A DNA stretch of 60,564 bases, filler included. It is 6 parts of 6 records of this genome, joined end to end, with 100 filler letters (N's around TTAATTAATTAA, not from the genome) between each part and the next. Parts side by side here need not be neighbours in the genome. Positions count along the whole stretch, not along the records: positions 16,289 to 23,088 come from SRR31156797_39040; positions 23,189 to 36,922 come from SRR31156797_39072; 4 more parts are not named here. One strand, 5' to 3'. This document shows, in pieces, positions 19,628 to 28,084 of this stretch. The notes under the pieces were generated by a model. The model was not told where the DNA came from. It was given only the letters and a program-made list of their open reading frames with translations, and made no database searches. Within the stretch, counting starts at the first letter, position 1, and each line of letters starts with the position of its first letter. The position numbers and the translations under genes were made by a program.

Positions 19628-20626
19628 TTATTTCTTTATTCTCAACTCAATTTCCTTTGGGTTATCGCAGGATTTAAGAGAAGACACCATTCCGATCACA
19701 GCGTTTTCAATCATATTCTGCACAAACGGCAGCATTGGAACCCTTCGGCCGTCAACGGTCAATACGGCAACATCGGCGGCCGGATCTTTAGCGAAATGTT
19801 TCTTTTCTATAAACTCAATTAATTCAGTTATCTGGTCAGACTGAAAATGCGGCCAGTCGCTTTTTCCCTCCGGTTGGTCCCCGACAACCGCCAGCAAGTT
19901 GCGACTTTTCCGCGTCAGGGGCTTTTCCCCGATTTTTTTATTATAAAGCTCAATAGTCGGCAGTTGGACTCGTTGGTCGGATTTATACAATACCAGGTCG
20001 CAGCCGGGAAAATAATTGGCGCCGAGACTCTCCGGCGTCAAGTTAAGATCCTGAGGAAGTTCCAGCACCATGCGGCCGCTCCCCTCTGAAGCTGATATGG
20101 AAATTCCGGATTTGAAAAGATCTTCATTTTCAGGGGTTCTTTCCGGCAAAGTTTCCGAAGGCGTAAGCAGTCCTATCCTGCGGCCCCTTTTGGACCATTC
20201 AGCCGCCAGGCGGGCGATGAATCGGGTCTTGCCGCATCCTTTAGGACCAACCACGGCAAATGTCCACACCAGCGGCGGGGTTTCGTCATCCACGCCTTCG
20301 ACAATCGAAGCAAACAGTTTATCAGTGTGTATAGTGCCCTTTCTGTTCAGGATCTTAAAGTCCTTCAACAACTTTTGGGCCTCCGGCGTCAGGCGGCTTC
20401 CCCTGTTTTTTCCCCGCCCCACGGATGTTTCAACGAGCTTGACGCCCAGTCGCTCCTCGGTGGCTTTAATTCGCGCCCAAACGCCCCTATATGACATATT
20501 AAGGGCTTTGGCCGTAGCTTGCATCGAACCCAGTTCCTGGATGTGCTCCAATATTTTTCGACGGCCTTCCCCGAAAACTGCTTCGCCGCTATCATCTTCA
20601 AGCCAAAATTTCGATCTGACTCTCAT
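19628..20626 (-). CDS. ModE-type winged-helix regulator fused to a MobB-like P-loop domain
   Basis: N-terminus RSKFWLE...FGEGRRKILE...GSMQATAKALNMSYRGVW...GSRLT is a ModE HTH. It is followed by Walker A GPKGCGKT and a C-terminal LTVDGRRVPMLPFVQNMIENAVIGMVSSLK as in the MobB C-terminal extension. Confidence 0.75.
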   Translation of the reverse strand: MRVRSKFWLEDDSGEAVFGEGRRKILEHIQELGSMQATAKALNMSYRGVWARIKATEERLGVKLVETSVGRGKNRGSRLTPEAQKLLKDFKILNRKGTIHTDKLFASIVEGVDDETPPLVWTFAVVGPKGCGKTRFIARLAAEWSKRGRRIGLLTPSETLPERTPENEDLFKSGISISASEGSGRMVLELPQDLNLTPESLGANYFPGCDLVLYKSDQRVQLPTIELYNKKIGEKPLTRKSRNLLAVVGDQPEGKSDWPHFQSDQITELIEFIEKKHFAKDPAADVAVLTVDGRRVPMLPFVQNMIENAVIGMVSSLKSCDNPKEIELRIKK

Positions 20627-20822
20627 TTGTTTTTCCCCTCTGTTTTTCCAAAGACTGCAACATGTTTCGCCATTATTACAAAAGCGGATTAACCATGCAA
20701 ATCAATCTTTATAAAATCACAGGCTCCGTAACAGGCGTCAAGCTTTTTTCTTTTAAGAACTGGTGGATTAGCCCGCCCTTTATGCTAATATAGAAGAATA
20801 AATATGGTGGATCGATTTAATA

Positions 20823-21314
20823 ATGAAAAAATATTCAACTTTAATTTTACTGCTATTGATTGTCGCCTTAACCCCCGCATGCTCGGGATGGAAAGGCGCC
20901 GAAAAACGTTACCCGGACAACGTGAGCACGAGTAAGTTCAGGGATATGGAATGGGGCGCCTATTTTGAAGAAATCGAAGGGCTTGTAATCGCCGATCCCG
21001 CGACGCCCGTAAAATCCTATGTGCGTAAAAATGAAAACCTTAAGTTCGGCGACGTGGAAGTGGAAAATATCTATTACGGTTTTTTTAATGACATGTTTTG
21101 CGCGGTCGTGCTTACTTTTACAGCGCCGGACGTCGCCCCGGCTTTAAGAGATCACCTTGTTGAACTGCACGGCCCGCCCGCGGAATCATCCGAACTGGGG
21201 GGCGGCTTGTTCTTTAGTTGGGACGCTCCCGAACTGGAAATAGATCTTTCCTATCACAATAAAGGATCTCTCACTTACCGGTATAAGCCCATTTTTCACC
21301 AAATCCGTAAATAG
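20823..21314 (+). CDS. Hypothetical lipoprotein
   Basis: MKK, hydrophobic stretch and lipobox-like LTPA-C. Confidence 0.65.
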   Translation: MKKYSTLILLLLIVALTPACSGWKGAEKRYPDNVSTSKFRDMEWGAYFEEIEGLVIADPATPVKSYVRKNENLKFGDVEVENIYYGFFNDMFCAVVLTFTAPDVAPALRDHLVELHGPPAESSELGGGLFFSWDAPELEIDLSYHNKGSLTYRYKPIFHQIRK

Positions 21315-21324
21315 CATAAAGCGT

Positions 21325-22326
21325 TCATACAATACGGACAGCCCCCTCGGTAAAGCATATCCTGACTTCATCCCCGATGGTGACCTGAAGCTTCCTGAAT
21401 TCATCATCCCCAAGGATAATGGACAAGGGTATGCCGCAATCCGCCAAGACCCTGACAAAAGGGCCTTCTCCAGTTAGTTGAGCCAGACGCCCTTCAATCT
21501 CTCCGTGCCCGTTATTCTCTCCTGGAGGATTGATCAGCATTTTTCTGCTGTCAATGGCTATTCTGACCTTTCCGATTCGTCCCGTCCGAATTGGAATCAT
21601 TACCCGCTCATGGATAAAACAGAATTGTTCGCCGTTTCTTTCAACCACATTTCCGTTGTATAAATTGTCAACAGCGCCGTCGTCCAAACGTCCCTCGGCC
21701 AGAAATATGATGTTATGGGCCAACTTTGTCGCCTGAAACATGTTGTGGGTGGTCATAATAACGGAAATGCCTTTCATGGCGTTAATGTCCCTGATAATGT
21801 TTTCAATGGCCGCCTGGTTTTCCCGATCCACGTTGGCCGTGGGTTCATCAAAAAAGATAACCCTGGGCGAACAGGCCAGCGCCCTTGCAATGGCCGCCCT
21901 TTGGGTTTCGCCGCCGGAAAGCTTGTAAGCTTTTGCATGGGCGAAATCCTTCATGCCCACCATTTCAAGCATTTCATAAACCGTCTTTTCACGCTCGGCT
22001 TTCGGAACCCCGCGGATTTTTAATCCATACTCGACATTCTTGAACACTGTAGTTGTGAACATGACCGGGATCTGCGGAACAAGAACCACTTCCCGTCTCA
22101 GGTTGTTCAAAGAACCTATACTAGAATCAATGATCCGGGAATTATATTTCAATTCTCCGGCAGTGGGTTTGGAAATAAAAGATAGGATTTCCAAAAGCGT
22201 TGTCTTACCCGCGCCGTTAGGTCCCAAAAGTCCGTGCACAATTCCTTTTTCCAGGTTGAGTTTATTTATATCCAAAACCGTGCGTCCGTCGTAAACCTTG
22301 GACAGTTTCTTAAGCTCGAACAACAT
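21325..22326 (-). CDS. tupC: Tungstate ABC transporter ATP-binding protein (TupC-like, C-terminal TOBE-like region)
   Basis: GPNGAGKT, LSGGETQR and FFDEPTAN. Coupled to tupB by a 1-nt overlap. Confidence 0.78.
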   Translation of the reverse strand: MLFELKKLSKVYDGRTVLDINKLNLEKGIVHGLLGPNGAGKTTLLEILSFISKPTAGELKYNSRIIDSSIGSLNNLRREVVLVPQIPVMFTTTVFKNVEYGLKIRGVPKAEREKTVYEMLEMVGMKDFAHAKAYKLSGGETQRAAIARALACSPRVIFFDEPTANVDRENQAAIENIIRDINAMKGISVIMTTHNMFQATKLAHNIIFLAEGRLDDGAVDNLYNGNVVERNGEQFCFIHERVMIPIRTGRIGKVRIAIDSRKMLINPPGENNGHGEIEGRLAQLTGEGPFVRVLADCGIPLSIILGDDEFRKLQVTIGDEVRICFTEGAVRIV

Positions 22327-23021
22327 TATGACCGGACCCGCCCTTGTATATAACTCAGGGAAAAATTAAGCGCGAAACTTATGGCCAGTAATATCAGGCC
22401 AAGGGCCACGGCCAGCACAAACTGCCCCTTGTCGTACTCCAGGGCCATGGCCGTGGTCATGGTCCGTGTAAAGCCCCGCACGTTCCCGCCCAACATCATG
22501 CTGACCCCGACCTCGGCTATTACCCTGCCGAAAGAAGCTGTAATCGCGGCCACAATACCGAACCTTGCCTCGCGAATAACAACTAAAGCGGTTTGCAGCC
22601 TGCCCGCCCCCAGGGTCAAGGCGGTTTTTCTGTAACGGTCGTCGATCCTGCTGATGGCGGCAATGGTAAAAGTAATGATTATCGGAATGATCAGAAGCAC
22701 CTGGCCGACTATAATGGCGTTTTGAGAATAAAGCAGGTCAAGAGGCCCGAACACGCCTCTTCTGCTTATAAATGCATATACAAAAAGACCTATCACGACC
22801 GTGGGCACGGCAAGCAGAGTATTAAAAATCGTTATAATAAGTCTTTTGCCCTTGAATTGGTTGAATGCGATCAGAAAACCCGCGGGCACGCCGAGCACTG
22901 AAGCGATCAGGGTGGAAGTAAGGCTCACCCTTAAAGAGACATACACAATAAAAAAAAGTTCGGGATCCAACTCTTTTAGTAATAATAAGGCTGAAAAAAA
23001 ACTATCTAATAGTAAATCCAT
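22326..23021 (-). CDS. tupB: Tungstate ABC transporter permease (TupB-like)
   Basis: PTVVIGL, GPLDLLY, FGRVIAEVG, GGNVRGFTRTMTTAMALE, characteristic of TupB. Confidence 0.85.
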   Translation of the reverse strand: MDLLLDSFFSALLLLKELDPELFFIVYVSLRVSLTSTLIASVLGVPAGFLIAFNQFKGKRLIITIFNTLLAVPTVVIGLFVYAFISRRGVFGPLDLLYSQNAIIVGQVLLIIPIIITFTIAAISRIDDRYRKTALTLGAGRLQTALVVIREARFGIVAAITASFGRVIAEVGVSMMLGGNVRGFTRTMTTAMALEYDKGQFVLAVALGLILLAISFALNFSLSYIQGRVRS

Positions 23022-23088
23022 ATTTACCTTACAAAAGAAGCTTCCCGCAGCACGCTATGGCGCATCAAACGGAAACATGCCATATAAA

Positions 23089-23188
23089 NNNNNNNNNNNN
23101 NNNNNNNNNNNNNNNNNNNNNNNNNNNNNNNNTTAATTAATTAANNNNNNNNNNNNNNNNNNNNNNNNNNNNNNNNNNNNNNNNNNNN
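23089..23188. other. Artificial contig spacer
   Basis: N44-TTAATTAATTAA-N44. Confidence 0.99.
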
Positions 23189-23219
23189 TCTTTGGTCCCC
23201 GAAGGGCCGCCGGAGGCAT
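23189..23219. repeat. Fragment of a Desulfovibrionaceae-type intergenic repeat
   Basis: GGTCCCCGAAGGGCCGCCGGAGGCA at the contig end, directly after a stop codon. It resembles REP-like repeats I recall from this family. Only one copy is visible. Confidence 0.35.
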
Positions 23220-23221
23220 TA

Positions 23222-24484
23222 TTATGCCTTTATTCCGTACTGTTCGTAGACATCCGCCAGTTTGTTGATCCAGTAGCGGTTGTCGAAAATTTCGTGAACC
23301 CGCTCTTTGGCTGCGGGGATCAGGCTTTTGCGTAATTTCTGATCGGTTAGCATACGTTCCATGGCATCGGCCATGGATTCGGAATCTCCCGGCTCAACCA
23401 GCATGCCGGTTTTGCCGTTCTCTATGAGTTCGGGGATACCGGAAACTGTGGTGGCTACAACCGGTACGGACATGGCCATACTTTCCGCAAGTACGTTGGG
23501 GATGCCGTCGCGGTCACCGTTGGGTGCGATTTCGCAGCCGAGGGCAAAGAGGTCAGCCGTGCGGTAATGTTCGAGCACTTCTTCGTGAGGCTTGGTGCCA
23601 AGCCAGTTGCATCTACCGTTTAGGTCCAGTTCATCCAGCAGCTTGAGAGTTGCTTCGCGTTCGTCACCGTCACCGACGATATTGTAATTGAAGTCGATAC
23701 CTTTTTCTTCAAGTTTCTTAAGGGCTTTGAAGACAGTGGGCAGACCTTTTTTCGTGGTGAAGCGGGCTACGGTGAAAATTTCATAAGGACCGGAACAGGT
23801 GAATTCCTTATCAGAATTGAACAGATTCAGGTCGATGCCGTGGTAAACCTTGTGGATCGGTTTGCCTTCCGGGGCAATGGATTGCAGATAATCGCAATTG
23901 TATCCGGTGCAGGTTACCGCGAACTTGGCTTCGGAAATTTTGGCGGTGATTTTTTCCGGTTTCTGGGTGTAAATATCCTTGGCGTGCGCGGTAAAGCTGA
24001 AGGGCAACCCGGAAAGACGGCTTGCGTTTCTGGCTACCGAGCAGGGGGAATGCGCGAAATGGGCATGGAAGTGGAAAATATCTGAACCGGGCAGGATTTT
24101 CTCCACAATGTATTCACCTTGCAGCATGTGCTTGAATGACGCTTCACTTCCGGTCTCGCGGTAGACATTCCAGATTTTATCAATGCGTGCTGTAAATTCT
24201 TCGTCTTTACCGTAACGTTCATCTTTGAGACCTGCATCCATGTCAGTGGAACCGAAAAGCTCTTCAAGGCATCCTTCAACAGTGGAAGGCAGGTATGATA
24301 CTTCAGCCTTGATTTCAGAGATGGATTTGTGAGTAAAGCTTTCACGCGGCTTGCGCATGGAAATAATATGAATCTTGACCCCTCTTTGTTCGAGGAGTCT
24401 GATTTCATTTGAAATAAAAGTCTCAGAAATACGCGGGTATCCCTTGAGAATCATCGCAAGGACGGGCTTATTAGAATTTGTCAT
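23222..24484 (-). CDS. GT4-family glycosyltransferase
   Basis: KGYPRISETFISNE, HAHFAH, TAHAKDIY and DRDGIPNVLAESMA. Confidence 0.88.
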   Translation of the reverse strand: MTNSNKPVLAMILKGYPRISETFISNEIRLLEQRGVKIHIISMRKPRESFTHKSISEIKAEVSYLPSTVEGCLEELFGSTDMDAGLKDERYGKDEEFTARIDKIWNVYRETGSEASFKHMLQGEYIVEKILPGSDIFHFHAHFAHSPCSVARNASRLSGLPFSFTAHAKDIYTQKPEKITAKISEAKFAVTCTGYNCDYLQSIAPEGKPIHKVYHGIDLNLFNSDKEFTCSGPYEIFTVARFTTKKGLPTVFKALKKLEEKGIDFNYNIVGDGDEREATLKLLDELDLNGRCNWLGTKPHEEVLEHYRTADLFALGCEIAPNGDRDGIPNVLAESMAMSVPVVATTVSGIPELIENGKTGMLVEPGDSESMADAMERMLTDQKLRKSLIPAAKERVHEIFDNRYWINKLADVYEQYGIKA

Positions 24485-25650
24485 TAGCAGTTATCTTTAA
24501 AGTAGCCCACGCGGTCATGCATGACCTCAAGGCCTGTGAAGTTGAAGTTTTTGATGGCTTCCCGGATTGAGTTGGAATTATTGAGCAGGTGATTAACCTT
24601 TTCCATAATTGTATCAGGTCCGAGTTCGTGCCACGGGAGAAAGTCGGCAAGATTCTGTTCTTTCAAGACATTGGCTCGGATAGTCTGTTCAAGACGCGGA
24701 GTCTCGCGGGGGATGATCAGGCTGACTTGCTTGTGTGAAAGAATTTCGCAGATGGTATTGTAGCCGCCCATGCTGACCACGAGGTCGGCATTACTGAACA
24801 GTTTTTCCATTCTTCTGTAAAAATGGTAGAAAGTAACGGAAAGGTTCTTGGCTCTTTTGGAAAGATCCAGACGCTGCTCTTTGGACATAAAAGGTCCGGT
24901 GACCATTACAGTCCTGAAGTCCTGCGGATTGTATTTTTCAAGGGCTTTCAGATAGGCATCCATCATGGGATAACCGTCACCGCCGCCTCCGGCAGTGATT
25001 ACTACCAGCTTTTTGCCGTTTTTCCTTTTTTCCGGGCAGGAGCGGCTGTGGACTTTACGAGGAATATATCCGGTAAAAACCATCTTTTTACTAATTGATT
25101 CCGGAATGGCGTATTCCTTGATGGGGTCGTAATATTCTTGATGTCCGTAGACCCATATCTCGGAATACAGGTTCTCCAGAACATCGTAGATGCCTTTGTC
25201 TGTCCAGTCCTTAATGGTACTTTCCGAGTCATCCATAATGTCGCGTAGTCCGAGGATAGTGCGGGTCTGGCCGATTTGTTTCATCCACTCAAGGGTGGGC
25301 ATGATTTCATGCTTCATTCCTTTGGGGGCCTTGTCTACAATGAAAAGGTCCGGGCGGAAACTTTTGGCCGTAGCATCAATGATGGACTGGCGGATGGACA
25401 TGGCGTGAACAGGTTCAATCTTGATTGAGTGCGGAACATAAAGGTCGTTGGACTTTTTGATCATTCCGGGCACGCGCACAAAATCAATCTGTTCGGGGAA
25501 TTCAAAGCGTCCCACAATAGGGGAGCCTGTAAGGATTAGTATGTTTACCCCTTTGCATTTCAGCTGTGATGCTATAGCCATCGTACGACGGATATGCCCA
25601 AGACCGTAGGTGTCGTGGGAGTACATTAAGATGTTGTAAGTCTTGTCCAT
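24484..25650 (-). CDS. GT-B glycosyltransferase (GT28 C-terminal-like)
   Basis: YSHDTYGLGHIRR, GGGGDG, SMGGYNT and PR...EQ. Confidence 0.85.
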   Translation of the reverse strand: MDKTYNILMYSHDTYGLGHIRRTMAIASQLKCKGVNILILTGSPIVGRFEFPEQIDFVRVPGMIKKSNDLYVPHSIKIEPVHAMSIRQSIIDATAKSFRPDLFIVDKAPKGMKHEIMPTLEWMKQIGQTRTILGLRDIMDDSESTIKDWTDKGIYDVLENLYSEIWVYGHQEYYDPIKEYAIPESISKKMVFTGYIPRKVHSRSCPEKRKNGKKLVVITAGGGGDGYPMMDAYLKALEKYNPQDFRTVMVTGPFMSKEQRLDLSKRAKNLSVTFYHFYRRMEKLFSNADLVVSMGGYNTICEILSHKQVSLIIPRETPRLEQTIRANVLKEQNLADFLPWHELGPDTIMEKVNHLLNNSNSIREAIKNFNFTGLEVMHDRVGYFKDNC

Positions 25651-25898
25651 TTATCGTACCGATTCTCAGGGGTTAAGCCGTTTCCGCAAAAGGCGGAATT
25701 ATGTTGCATCACTGTAGCCGTTGGCATATCTAGCGGAAAGGATAATATATGTAAATCCTTAAACGCGACGATTGCATGCGTGCTAATTTCTATTATTTTT
25801 TTTAATCAGAATCAATCCCTTTTCTGTATTTTTGTTGATATGGGAAATGGTTTTTATTTGTCTGAAATTATTGTGATTAATTTTTATAAGGTTGTCTG

Positions 25899-27068
25899 AT
25901 GGATTCTAAATTGGATGTTTTGATTTATGCCCATGATGGACGGGGGCTCGGGCATGTGAGCCGAAGTGTGGGAATCGGGTTGGCTTTGCGTCGTTTATAT
26001 CCGGGGCTTTCGGTACTTCTGGTTACGGGGTGCGCAACTACGGCTGAACTTATTGCTGGCGGATCTTTGGATTGGATTAAGCTGCCTTCATATAAAACAA
26101 ATGTAACATCCGGGAAATCTTCCGGCGTGAAAGGCGATTCCAATATTGATGACAAGTTGCTCGGTGAGCTGCGGGCGCGTAATATTCGGGATATTGTCGC
26201 TGCATACAAGCCGAAAGTCTTTCTTGCCGATCACACACCGCAAGGCAAGCATAAGGAACTGCTGCCATCCCACGATGTTTCACCGGAAACCGTGCGTGTT
26301 TTAGGGATTCGTGCTGTTGTCGGGGAAGTGGGAAAGGTCTGGTCGGATTTTTCTTCGGAGGTGTTTTCCGGTGCTTACTCCAATATTCTTTGGTATGGAG
26401 ATTCGTCTGTAGCCGGAGTAGGAGAGCTAGATCGATTGAGCTCACATTATAGTGTTAAGCCACATGAAGCGGGCTATGTCTCACGTTTGTCCGAGTTGCG
26501 CTTTTTAAGCAATGGTAGTGATGAAGAGAATAGATTGGCCGGGATAATTTCCATTCCATGGTCTGGTGAAGGTACTGCTGTGCTTTTGGAAAAGTTGGCG
26601 CAGGCTCTTGGCGGGATCGATGTATCCCACGGTGATTGGAAAATTTATATGAATCTGCGTGAACCTGGAGCCGGGGAAGCTTTAAAGTCTTTTAAAGGGC
26701 TGAGCAATATCAGTTGTGAACAGGTTGGACCTCAGTTTCTTTGCGATTTACGCCGCTCTCGTAGTGCTGTTATTTACGGCGGTTACAATAGTTTGACTGA
26801 TGTGATGGTCTGTGCCGTGCCTTCTCTTGTTTTATTGCGTGGGATGAAAGATGGCGAACAGGAAGACCATGCAGCTGTGTTAGCCGGTAATTCCACTGCA
26901 ATTCAGAATGTTTTTTCCGATCAGACTGTAACAGTTAAAGAGTTGCGGGAGTCTCTGATCCAGTGTCTTGAAGCGGATATGAATGAGTCTGCCATAAATT
27001 TAAATGGAGCGGAAAATGCGGCCCGTTATCTGGCGGAGCTGGTTGGAGGTTGTGATGCTGACTGCTAG
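25899..27068 (+). CDS. GT-B glycosyltransferase-like protein, divergent paralog of 24484-25650
   Basis: YAHDGRGLGHVSR, YGGYNS and R...EQ. Confidence 0.75.
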   Translation: MDSKLDVLIYAHDGRGLGHVSRSVGIGLALRRLYPGLSVLLVTGCATTAELIAGGSLDWIKLPSYKTNVTSGKSSGVKGDSNIDDKLLGELRARNIRDIVAAYKPKVFLADHTPQGKHKELLPSHDVSPETVRVLGIRAVVGEVGKVWSDFSSEVFSGAYSNILWYGDSSVAGVGELDRLSSHYSVKPHEAGYVSRLSELRFLSNGSDEENRLAGIISIPWSGEGTAVLLEKLAQALGGIDVSHGDWKIYMNLREPGAGEALKSFKGLSNISCEQVGPQFLCDLRRSRSAVIYGGYNSLTDVMVCAVPSLVLLRGMKDGEQEDHAAVLAGNSTAIQNVFSDQTVTVKELRESLIQCLEADMNESAINLNGAENAARYLAELVGGCDADC

Positions 27069-27768
27069 CCCTGAGTTGAGGAAGAGATTGCGCGGGTTGA
27101 CCAAGGGATTTTCGCGTCATGAAATGAAGCAGTGGGAGAAAATACTCGCACCGCTTGACCGCAATTTGCGCATCCTTGAGGTCGGTTGCGGCCGAGGCGG
27201 AAAAACTGATTTTTTGCGTGCGCAGGGGTTCAATAACATTCTAGGTGTTGAAAAAAATGAATTTCAGGTTCACGAGTGCTGTAAGCGTGGATTGAACGTG
27301 GTCACCCTTGATGAATTTGCCAAGAAGCATAATGAAGACCAGTTTGGTTTTATTGTGCTTTCCCACATTATAGAGCATTTTGATTTTTCAGGGCTGGTGG
27401 AGTTTATCGATGGCTATCTGGATCATCTGAAACCGGGTGGTTTGTTGTTGATTGCCACTCCTATGCTTCACCCTCATTTCTGGCTCGATCTGGATCACCA
27501 GAAGCCGTATTATCCGCAGGGTATAAAGAATTTTTACAGCGGTGCGGATGAGCAGGTCGGCTTTACTTCAAAGTACCGTCTCAAGCTCAAGGATATCCGC
27601 TTCCGTAAAAGTCCATTTAGGGTGAAGAATGATCGCAGTCTACTATTAAAGAAGAACGATTTGCCTGTGCTGCTATTTAATATGATTAGTGCAGCCTTGT
27701 TTAAGGTTAGTTTTTCCATTGTAGGATACAAAAGTGGATGGGTTGGACTTTATAAAATGAAGTCTTAA
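27055..27768 (+). CDS. Class I SAM-dependent methyltransferase
   Basis: ILEVGCGRG, LSHIIEH and LKPGGLL. Start reassigned to ATG 27055 behind GGAGG. Confidence 0.82.
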   Translation: MLTASPELRKRLRGLTKGFSRHEMKQWEKILAPLDRNLRILEVGCGRGGKTDFLRAQGFNNILGVEKNEFQVHECCKRGLNVVTLDEFAKKHNEDQFGFIVLSHIIEHFDFSGLVEFIDGYLDHLKPGGLLLIATPMLHPHFWLDLDHQKPYYPQGIKNFYSGADEQVGFTSKYRLKLKDIRFRKSPFRVKNDRSLLLKKNDLPVLLFNMISAALFKVSFSIVGYKSGWVGLYKMKS

Positions 27769-27867
27769 TTTGTTTTATTGAAAAAAGTACTTGCGTATGG
27801 ATTTTAGTTGGACTATTGATTTTTGAACGTTTTTAAATTTTTACGGATTTTTTAGAGAAGAACTGAA

Positions 27868-27987
27868 ATGCTACTATCTACCCTTGACCATATGAATGCA
27901 GTCGCAGCAACCGTCACCAACGTGGTGATGGTCGTGATTTCTGTCGTGGTCGTGCGAGGCTTAATTGAGCCGGAGGGAAGGTTGTAA
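27868..27987 (+). CDS. ilvB operon leader peptide (39 aa)
   Basis: MLLSTLDHMNAVAATVTNVVMVVISVVVVRGLIEPEGRL: 10 Val, tandem CTA-CTA Leu and Ile codons. Lies directly before the attenuator. Alternative in-frame start at 27892. Confidence 0.85.
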   Translation: MLLSTLDHMNAVAATVTNVVMVVISVVVVRGLIEPEGRL

Positions 27988-28053
27988 GCAGCAGTTTACA
28001 TTCACAAAATGTAGTTGTAACCCCCCGCCGGCTTAGCCAGCGGGGGGTTTTTT
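27969..28053 (+). terminator. Transcription attenuator (terminator plus antiterminator)
   Basis: Terminator AACCCCCCGCCGGC-TTA-GCCAGCGGGGGGTTTTTT (28019-28053). GCCGGAGGGAAGGTTG (27969-27984) can pair with TAACCCCCCGCCGGC (28018-28032) as an antiterminator. Confidence 0.85.
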
Positions 28054-28084
28054 ATTATCATCAGGAAATTGTGAGGGTGCGAAA

